From NCBI GenBank assembly GCA_016699935.1, contig CP064992.1:930001-962000 (forward strand): a DNA stretch of 32,000 nt, read 5' to 3'. Shown in pieces: positions 25,361 to 32,000 of this stretch. Source of the stretch: Candidatus Saccharimonadota bacterium (GTDB lineage: Bacteria > Patescibacteriota > Saccharimonadia > Saccharimonadales > UBA4665). Under the pieces are notes generated by a model. It was given only the letters and a program-made list of their open reading frames with translations, was not told the DNA's origin and ran no database searches. The position numbers and the translations under genes were made by a program. Position 1 is the first letter of the stretch. Each line of letters starts with the position of its first letter.

Positions 25361-27814
25361 TTATTTTTGGCGGTGAATGAATGCGAAAGCACGGCGTCGA
25401 ACAGCGAATGTCGTGGCTGCAAGAGTGATGATGCCCAGGCTTAGTGCTGTCAAGAGTCCTGCGGGCGAGCCAGTGCTGGCGAGCGTCGTAGTGGCGGTAG
25501 TGGCGTTTGCTGCTGTTGTCACGACAGTGAGTGTTACTTCACCAGACGCGAAGTAGTTTATGCGGTAGTTGACGCCATTGACTGCAAACACAGCACCATT
25601 CGCAAGACCAGCAAATGTGCCAGTTAGCGACGTACCGTCGATGATGGTAAAGACAAGGTTTTGTGCTGGATTAAAACCAGCCAGTTGGCTGACCTGAAGG
25701 GTTGCCCCGCCAAGGTTGACTGCACCACTTACCGTAGCTTTGTCGTACTGTGAGCAGGCGGTCGAGCCAGTGATTTCCTGTTGCCAGGTAGAGCCAGCGT
25801 TCAGTAGGAGCGAGCCAAAGGTCATACATCCGGGGCTGTTACCGATAGCCACCGTGCCACCACTATCCACATCGACATCCCCAACTGTGCCTGTGCCCTT
25901 AAGTGTTGCGCCACTCAGGACGATGGTGCCGGCTTCGGTGAAGTTGCCGTTCAGGAGGAGTGAGCCTTCTTGGGCGCCAAAAACGGGCGCTTCCCCTCCC
26001 ACGTAGCTCGTATCGACACCGCCAGTAAATGTTGCTGTGCCGGAGCCTTTTTTGACAACATACGAGTCGCCAGCCGGGAAATTGGAGAATTTCGAGACGT
26101 TACCCGCAAAGGTATAGCTGGTATTGCTAGAAAGCACGACTGCAGCACCATTTGCACCGACGGAAAGCTCTCCGTCACCAGTGACGTAGCCGATTGTCTC
26201 AAGCGCTCCCGTACCTATGTACAAAGAGGCATCATTGCTGCCACTTTTCATCAGATGTACGTGGCTTGTGTTAGCGATAGATTCGTCGAAGGAAGTTTCG
26301 ACGGTCGATGGTTTAGTGGCTGTAGCGAGCACATCCATATCGCCTGTCACTGCAGTGACTGTATCTGCTTTCGAAGGGTAAAACCTGACTCCTTGGACGG
26401 TCAATTTTCCGGTGTAGGTATTAGCGGAAGCACCCGTAAACTGGATGGAGCTGTTAGCGAACACCGTCGACGGGCTGGTAGTGACGGTTACATTACCCGT
26501 TCCAGAGATGACGCCAGAGAGGGTGAAGGCAGAAAAAGCAGCCCCTGTATCGACGCCAAAGGTAGTATCTCCCGAAAGAACGATATTGCCTGATAAGGTG
26601 GTAGATTCGCCAGCTTGGACGACTGCTCCAGTGCTTGAGACGCCTGAACCTATAACATCAAGTGGCTCGCTAACTGTTTGCGCGCTTGCAAAATCAAATT
26701 CGAGCGAGTCGCCATCGCCTAAACTAGTCCCTGCTGCATTTGAACCGAGTCCTGTTGGATGTGTTACGGTGATAGTAGCCGCACCAGAAGTAGCATATGT
26801 CATACCGCTATACGTGTTTGCTCCGCTCAGTGTCAAATGTGACACGTAGGCGAACACCCCCTGAGTGCCGCTGATGTCACCATTGATAACGATATTTGCC
26901 AAGCGGCTAGCGCCGCTAATCTGCAGGGCTTCCGACACGAGGGACACATTGCCGTTGACAGTGAGGGTATTACCATTGACGCCTTGGCCAAAGAATAAGC
27001 TGTCATTGACTGTCGCAGCCCCGTCAAGGGTGACATTTGCATACGCCCAGATAGCTGAAGTGTTGGGGTTCACGCTTGAGGTGACTATATCATTTGCATA
27101 CGATCCAGCTGTGTAGATATCGATTACTCCACCGCCGCTGTACATGTCATTTGCCACATTACCAAAACATGTCAGTGAGCGACAGGTGAAACGAGCGTTA
27201 CTTTCGGCACCAACAGTGCATGCGGTGTAGGTATTGGCGGCGCCTCGTACTACGGCAGTTGCGCCACTGACTGCAACAAACTGTGTGGCTGCGCTACCAG
27301 TAATGTTTCCATAAAATTCGACCGTTCCGTCACGGCCTGAGCCGCCGATGTTGACTTCACCGCCAGCGCTCGAAAAGTTAGTTGTACCATTGATGGTTAT
27401 AACCGTTCCAGAGTCTGGAGTGATAGAGATGTTAAAGCCGGTGTAAGTAATGTTTGTATTGATCGTGACTGATGCAGTGGCGTCGAGTGCGTTGACGGTA
27501 GTGATAGTAAGTGCGTTACCACTCACCGTATAGCCGGTGCCGCTAAAACTAAGGCCAGTGACACTTAGTCCAGCGATATCGTTACTCATAGACTTGTTGG
27601 TTGCAACTTCAGGAAACGCGAGGGCGTCGCCGTTTTCTGGCACGCCGCCATTATCGCAGCCCGTCCAGTTGCCGCCGTTACTCCAGTTTGCATTAGCCGC
27701 CCCTGTCCAGCTACAGGTGTCCGTTGCTGCCCAGACTGAAGCAGGTACCACACTCAGCACACTGAGCATGAGCACAACGGCAAATGTAAGATTAGTAAGT
27801 CTTTGTTTCCACAT
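25361..27814 (-). CDS. large cell-surface beta-helix protein with autotransporter-associated-type repeats and C-terminal LPxTG-like (LASTG) sortase signal
   Basis: Intact ORF 25361..27829. GAGGGG lies 7 nt before the second ATG (27814). Signal peptide ends ...VPASVWAATD. Repeated G/T/S/N-rich beta-strand units (TLSGANTYSG, TLSGVISGTGNVTV). The tail is LASTGSPAGLLTALSLGIITLAATTFAVRRR. Confidence 0.8.
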   Translation of the reverse strand: MWKQRLTNLTFAVVLMLSVLSVVPASVWAATDTCSWTGAANANWSNGGNWTGCDNGGVPENGDALAFPEVATNKSMSNDIAGLSVTGLSFSGTGYTVSGNALTITTVNALDATASVTINTNITYTGFNISITPDSGTVITINGTTNFSSAGGEVNIGGSGRDGTVEFYGNITGSAATQFVAVSGATAVVRGAANTYTACTVGAESNARFTCRSLTCFGNVANDMYSGGGVIDIYTAGSYANDIVTSSVNPNTSAIWAYANVTLDGAATVNDSLFFGQGVNGNTLTVNGNVSLVSEALQISGASRLANIVINGDISGTQGVFAYVSHLTLSGANTYSGMTYATSGAATITVTHPTGLGSNAAGTSLGDGDSLEFDFASAQTVSEPLDVIGSGVSSTGAVVQAGESTTLSGNIVLSGDTTFGVDTGAAFSAFTLSGVISGTGNVTVTTSPSTVFANSSIQFTGASANTYTGKLTVQGVRFYPSKADTVTAVTGDMDVLATATKPSTVETSFDESIANTSHVHLMKSGSNDASLYIGTGALETIGYVTGDGELSVGANGAAVVLSSNTSYTFAGNVSKFSNFPAGDSYVVKKGSGTATFTGGVDTSYVGGEAPVFGAQEGSLLLNGNFTEAGTIVLSGATLKGTGTVGDVDVDSGGTVAIGNSPGCMTFGSLLLNAGSTWQQEITGSTACSQYDKATVSGAVNLGGATLQVSQLAGFNPAQNLVFTIIDGTSLTGTFAGLANGAVFAVNGVNYRINYFASGEVTLTVVTTAANATTATTTLASTGSPAGLLTALSLGIITLAATTFAVRRRAFAFIHRQK

Positions 27815-27916
27815 AAGATAACCCCTCATTTACATAGTCTTCTATACCAGTATCTCAGAAAAGTAAAAATTATCTAGTAAGAAATCTCACAGTTAGTGGT
27901 TGCGCTTAGATCACTG

Positions 27917-28402
27917 CTAGAGGTTTTTTATAGCGCGCTGCGCAGTGCGGTCGTCATCGCGTTTTCGCAGGGTCTGGCGCTTGTCCCAAGTTTTCTTGCC
28001 TTTGCCGATGGCGATACGGAGCTTTATGAAACGTCCTCCAGTGAGGATTTCTAGTGGCACAATGGTGCGACCCTGCGTCTTGGCCTCAATAAGGGCGTTT
28101 ATTTCCCGGCGCTTGGCCAGGAGCTTTCGGGTACGGGTTTGGCTACTTTCGTCTATTGGTACGCTGCTGGTACCGTTTATGGTGCCATTTAGCAAATACA
28201 GTTCGTCGTTTTTGACGGTTACATAGGCACCGCGCAGCTGTCCATGCCCCATCCGTAGGCTTTTAACCTCGCCACCGGTTAGTTCCAAGCCTACCACCAT
28301 AGAATCATCCAGTTCGTAGTCGTGTCTTGCCCGTCGATTCTGGATCGACTTTACCTGGTTGACTACGTGCTTATGCCCGCGCCGAGTAGCTTTCTTTGCC
28401 AT
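27917..28402 (-). CDS. smpB: SsrA-binding protein SmpB
   Basis: Intact 161-aa ORF: NRRARHDYELDDSMVVGLELTGGEVKSLR ... RTRKLLAKRREI ... GKGKKTWDKRQTLKRD. Confidence 0.9.
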   Translation of the reverse strand: MAKKATRRGHKHVVNQVKSIQNRRARHDYELDDSMVVGLELTGGEVKSLRMGHGQLRGAYVTVKNDELYLLNGTINGTSSVPIDESSQTRTRKLLAKRREINALIEAKTQGRTIVPLEILTGGRFIKLRIAIGKGKKTWDKRQTLRKRDDDRTAQRAIKNL

Positions 28403-28429
28403 CCCCTATTGTACAACAGAGATAAAGCA

Positions 28430-28458
28430 TTGACAAACTATGTAAAAAGTGCTAAGAT
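28430..28458 (+). promoter_or_regulatory. sigma70-type promoter for the GT2 gene
   Basis: TTGACA (28430-28435), 17-nt spacer, TAAGAT (28453-28458), 43 nt before ATG 28502. Confidence 0.5.
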
Positions 28459-28501
28459 ATGAATCAATATTTAACTATAAGAATAATTTTTATATAACGA
28501 T

Positions 28502-29377
28502 ATGGTCGAAAATAGTATTAGGTTGTTGCATCCCGAAGCTCACGATTCTACATGGGGTGTTAGGCATCATATTGCTGATACGCTTTTTACTCGTGTGAAA
28601 GAAGTCAGAGAAGCAACAGATATTCAACCAGATCCAAATGTGACCGTTTTAATACGTACTCGCAATCATGAGAGAACGATTGGAAGTTTGATCGACGATG
28701 TTTTGGTTCAGCAATTCGGTGGTGAAAAACAACTAGTCGTTGTTGATACTGAATCTAATGATCGAACAAAAGAAATTGCTAAAAGATACGGGGCTGTAAT
28801 AGTGCCACTTCGGCAATCCACATTCAACTATGCTGACTCATTGAATAGAGGCTTTGAAGCAGCCGACCACCCGTTTGTAGTCGAACTTGTTGGACATAGT
28901 AATCTTAGTTCAACTTGTGCTTTACGAACTCTAACACGTTGGGCTGGAAAACCAAATTTCGCTGCAGTGTATGGCGCAGCTTTACCAAACACAAACGCCA
29001 CACGAGGTGACATCTTGATTTCCGCACTTACAAGAGCCCACAGAAGGCTTGGTCCAGCAGAGCGAATAGAAAGATGGGAACCCGGAGCTCTAGTTGCGCA
29101 TCGTACTATTCTTTCAAAGGCTGTCTGGAAAGAACTTGGTGGTTATGACACAGCATATGGTGATGGTGGTGAAGATACTGCTTTTGCAAGAAAAATGCTA
29201 AATGAACGTCCTGAATTATTTGTGGTTCGAGATCCGGGAATGAGTGTTTTGCACTCTTATGGACTTGACCCGCTAGCTACAGTAAGACAAATTTCAACTC
29301 TTGCGCGAAAACGATATCAGGGTAAGGGTAGATCTTTTACGGAAATGAAATATCGCACTGATCTAGAAAGGGTATAG
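28502..29377 (+). CDS. family 2 glycosyltransferase
   Basis: Intact 291-aa ORF: VTVLIRTRNHERTIGSLIDDVL...VVVDTESNDRTKEIA...GGEDTAFARKM. Confidence 0.7.
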   Translation: MVENSIRLLHPEAHDSTWGVRHHIADTLFTRVKEVREATDIQPDPNVTVLIRTRNHERTIGSLIDDVLVQQFGGEKQLVVVDTESNDRTKEIAKRYGAVIVPLRQSTFNYADSLNRGFEAADHPFVVELVGHSNLSSTCALRTLTRWAGKPNFAAVYGAALPNTNATRGDILISALTRAHRRLGPAERIERWEPGALVAHRTILSKAVWKELGGYDTAYGDGGEDTAFARKMLNERPELFVVRDPGMSVLHSYGLDPLATVRQISTLARKRYQGKGRSFTEMKYRTDLERV

Positions 29378-29691
29378 CTCAAGCTTAATTAGCGTATTGA
29401 TGAACGGATTTTTGTTGGTAAAGAATTGTAATAGTTAAACCAACATATACTTAATAATCTGGCTTGTGTACCAACATGCGTGATATTTGTCATAGCGGTT
29501 CGATGATTGATTTGCTATAGTTTTAGTTACTAAGAAAAACCAAAAAACATGAAAACCCGCTTCCCTCCCTGGGCTGTTCGATCTATTCGTTTGTGCCAAA
29601 CACCCAAAATAATCTGCCACAAACACCTCTCCCGCCTCGCCTCTTGGGTACTGGTTCACTAAATTAATTGATGTAGTTTTCTTATTTCAGT

Positions 29692-30474
29692 TTATCGACG
29701 CAAAAGTAAGGAAAATGATTCGCGTATCTTATCTAAGTCTAATTGTTGAGGGGCGGTTTGTACTACGGCTGGCATGCTCGGTTCAAACCAGATTTCTCTT
29801 TCAGCTTGAAGGGCTGCCTGTCCAAACGTCTGGGCCGCATGAGCGATTATGTGTGGATCGAACGGTGTCCGTCGGAGCGTTTCCAGTGTGATGGCGAAGT
29901 TCGCATCAGCGACCCATCCGACTATCTGTGGGGTTGCGAGGCCGTCGTGTGGCCATCCTCTCAGTAATCTGCGTCCAAAACGACCATGCCGTGCACCCGC
30001 TAGGAGCTGGAGGCCTCCGGTGGCTACAGAGCGTGGCGAGAGTAGCGGACCGTAGGTCCAGGGCATTGGTACTAAAGTGTCTTCTTTGCCAAGCTGATAT
30101 ACAGGCCCACCTATACAAAATGCGTCGGGGTGTTGCTCGAAGGAGTGAGCAACCTGAGTCGCGCCAGATATTCCTGCTGTACTTTCATCTGGGTTGACTA
30201 GTTTTACGTCGGCATCGAGAAAATGCAACAGGGTCGAAGGATTTTCGCCCGCAAGATGGTCGAGTATGCGGTTACGATTTAATGAAGGGCCGTTATGTCT
30301 ACCATGAATAACGGTTACTCCTTCTATGTGCAATCCTGCTGACCCGTCGGAAGATCCATCATCAAGATAAACCACTTCCTTATACTCATTAATGGCTAAG
30401 ACTGGGAGTAAAGTCTTAAGATTGGGAAGCCGGTTTCTTCCCGAAACAACGGCAACTATTGCTGGTGAAGCCAT
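29692..30474 (-). CDS. family 2-like glycosyltransferase
   Basis: Intact 260-aa ORF: IVAVVSGRNRLPNLKTLLPVL...VVYLDDGSSDGS...FLDADV. Confidence 0.6.
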   Translation of the reverse strand: MASPAIVAVVSGRNRLPNLKTLLPVLAINEYKEVVYLDDGSSDGSAGLHIEGVTVIHGRHNGPSLNRNRILDHLAGENPSTLLHFLDADVKLVNPDESTAGISGATQVAHSFEQHPDAFCIGGPVYQLGKEDTLVPMPWTYGPLLSPRSVATGGLQLLAGARHGRFGRRLLRGWPHDGLATPQIVGWVADANFAITLETLRRTPFDPHIIAHAAQTFGQAALQAEREIWFEPSMPAVVQTAPQQLDLDKIRESFSLLLRR

Positions 30475-30523
30475 ATGTATACAATATCACGGTATTGCAT
30501 ATGTGTAAAAATATCGTAATAAA

Positions 30524-31430
30524 CTAATCTTCTAGGGCGGCTTTGACTGTTTGCCAGATGGTTTTGTCGCCGTTTTTGTAGCGCCAGTACCACCATTCGG
30601 CGCCCCAGAGGTCTATGGGGTAGGCGCCGACACGCTGGGCAAAGTCTATGTTGAACCGAATGCGTGCTGGACTCATGGACAATGCCTGTTCTTCCGCTGA
30701 CATCTCCCAGATAGCGCGGTGACCCCACGGTTCGAGTTGCAACTCATGAATAAATACGGGTTTACGAATGATTTTTCGATGATAAAGCGGCGAACTCTAT
30801 GGAGCCACGGCTTCTGGATGGTGTGTCGGTAGGCGCCCTTGTTGAACATCATAGTGTATATGCTGAAACCGACGCCACCTCGTGGGTGCGGACGCCGGAG
30901 GGGATGCCCCAGCCGTTACTGGTACTCATGTAGATGGGGTTTTTCGGTGAGGTCGGCGACGAGTTGGTATTCTTTGCGTAACCGGCGGAGATTGATATCT
31001 ATACCCTCACCAAAGCCTCGTAAGACCGCTTCATTTTCAAGCTGGTAGCCGTCTATAAGCTCTGCCTCGTCGTACCACGCCACGGTCGCCCTTACATAGT
31101 CCAAAAGCGCTTGGGTCTTCTCTGGATCTGGTAAGGTGATCGCCCATGTGGGCCAATGGTATTCTGGCCAACGTGGTTGTTTGACACCAAGACACAATGT
31201 CACGATACCGCCAGCGTTTTCGATAAGTTTCATCTGACGGTCGAGTTCTTTGAAATCATACATGCCCTGCTCTTTTCGCATTCGTCCCAGTAGCTCATGA
31301 GCCGAAAGCGTCGCCAGCCCATCTTGAGCAACCACTTCAATGTCTCTTCAGGGTCAATACCAAAGCTCCTACACTGCTTGATGCTGAAACTTATGCCGTA
31401 TTGCCTAGGATCAAATGTGTGCATAACCAT
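30524..31430 (-). CDS. clan GH-A (TIM-barrel) glycoside hydrolase, at least 3 frameshifts
   Basis: Pieces 31230..31430 (GISFSIKQCRSFGIDPEETLKWLLKMGWRRFRLMSYWDECE), 30916..31335 (QPRWPEYHWP...DGYQLENEAVL) and 30524..30742 (IDLWGAEWWYWRYKNGD). Confidence 0.5.
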
Positions 31431-31479
31431 TGCGTAAAATATAACAGATTTCGCTTATTCGTGGTGCTATACTGGACTC

Positions 31480-31735
31480 ATGACCAACGAAGAGGTGCTT
31501 GAAGACCTTAAGTCATATATGACAGTGACCGTTCGGACAGAGGTCAATGCTGCGCTCGATGCCAAGCTCGAAGAAAAGCTCGAAGAAAAGCTAGCGCCTA
31601 TTCATCAGAAAATCGACGAGCTGACTGTCTTTGTCCAAGAAATGACCACTAAGAACCTAGCCAAAATCTCTCACTACCAAGCAAATCGATGATCACGAGC
31701 GTCGTATCACAAAACTAGAACACACTACGGCGTAA
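31480..31735 (+). CDS. small coiled-coil protein (~85 aa), frame switch at A4 run 31663-31666
   Basis: ORF 31480..31692 (LDAKLEEKLEEKLAPIHQKIDEL) continues in another frame as SLTTKQIDDHERRITKLEHTTA. Confidence 0.3.
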
Positions 31736-31763
31736 ATCTGACCCACACTCACTATTTTCACAT

Positions 31764-31862
31764 TGTCATCCCGACCCCCGCATCAAGTGTGGGGCAGGCT
31801 TCGTGGAGTGATCTCTTCGGTTTCAATAGCATGGAGATCTTTCGACTTCGCCCAAGATGACA
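31764..31862. repeat. 99-bp palindromic mini-element with TGTCAT...ATGACA termini
   Basis: TGTCATCCCGACCCCCGCATCAAGTGTGGGGCAGGC...CCCAAGATGACA. Same terminal motif as 19368-19432. Confidence 0.55.
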
Positions 31863-31882
31863 GTCCAAAAAGTGAGCGTGGG

Positions 31883-32000
31883 TTAGGGTGTAAATACTGC
31901 TCGGGCTTCCTTCCAGACAGATTCATCACCTAGAACTTTCCAGCGGTAGTACCAATATTCGGCGCCCCAGAGGTCTATGTGGCGGATGCCGGTTTGTTTG
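31883..32000 (-). CDS. 3' end of a second GH-A glycoside hydrolase paralogue (5' part outside window)
   Basis: Reads ...IRHIDLWGAEYWYYRWKVLGDESVWKEARAVFTP, stop at 31883-31885. This parallels IDLWGAEWWYWRYKNGDKTIWQTVKAAL of 30524..30742. Confidence 0.45.
   Translation of the reverse strand, partial: KQTGIRHIDLWGAEYWYYRWKVLGDESVWKEARAVFTP

Noticed and set aside
29435-29659. 74-aa minus-strand ORF between the two glycosyltransferase genes.
   Set aside because: It has no RBS, an odd composition and no motif. The region is more likely a non-coding spacer.

Overview
The window is 32 kb, with most genes on the minus strand. Gene content (a sortase-type LASTG surface protein, a DipZ-like redox gene, SD-type RBSs) suggests a small-genome Gram-positive-type or CPR/Saccharibacteria-like bacterium. 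That is inference only.

Positions ~500-24,900 read as an accessory/defence island that ends at a tRNA-Asn(GTT) gene (24937-25011, minus). From left to right it contains:
(i) a decayed HTH-DUF4065 (Panacea-type) antitoxin + toxin pair;
(ii) an AT-rich patch with a wHTH regulator and small ORFs;
(iii) a type I R-M operon, read on the minus strand as hsdM - orf187 - Shedu-like DUF4263 nuclease - hsdS - [1.76-kb insert carrying DUF2188 and an intact Panacea-type TA pair, flanked by an 89-bp duplication of the hsdR 5' end] - hsdR;
(iv) a block of small conserved proteins (YdeI/OmdA x2, DUF1801 x2, DUF2164);
(v) a DipZ/thioredoxin/XRE block;
(vi) a DUF2075 nuclease-ATPase gene;
(vii) an AT-rich trio (SRPBCC plus two unknown proteins).

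These modules are separated by five same-orientation copies of a G-run repeat (GGGATGGGG-N9-GGGGTGGGTTTAACCGC). The last module abuts two decayed tRNA-Asn 3'-end copies. No integrase, transposase or CRISPR array is visible.

The right-hand 7 kb looks core-like: an 822-aa beta-helix surface protein, smpB, two GT2 glycosyltransferases and glycoside-hydrolase fragments.

Caveat: about 18 genes are split by single-base indels, and those I traced fall in A/T (occasionally C) homopolymers. This may be assembly error rather than real pseudogenisation. I therefore give reconstructed gene spans and say so in each case. All family assignments come from motif recognition by eye; no searches were run.
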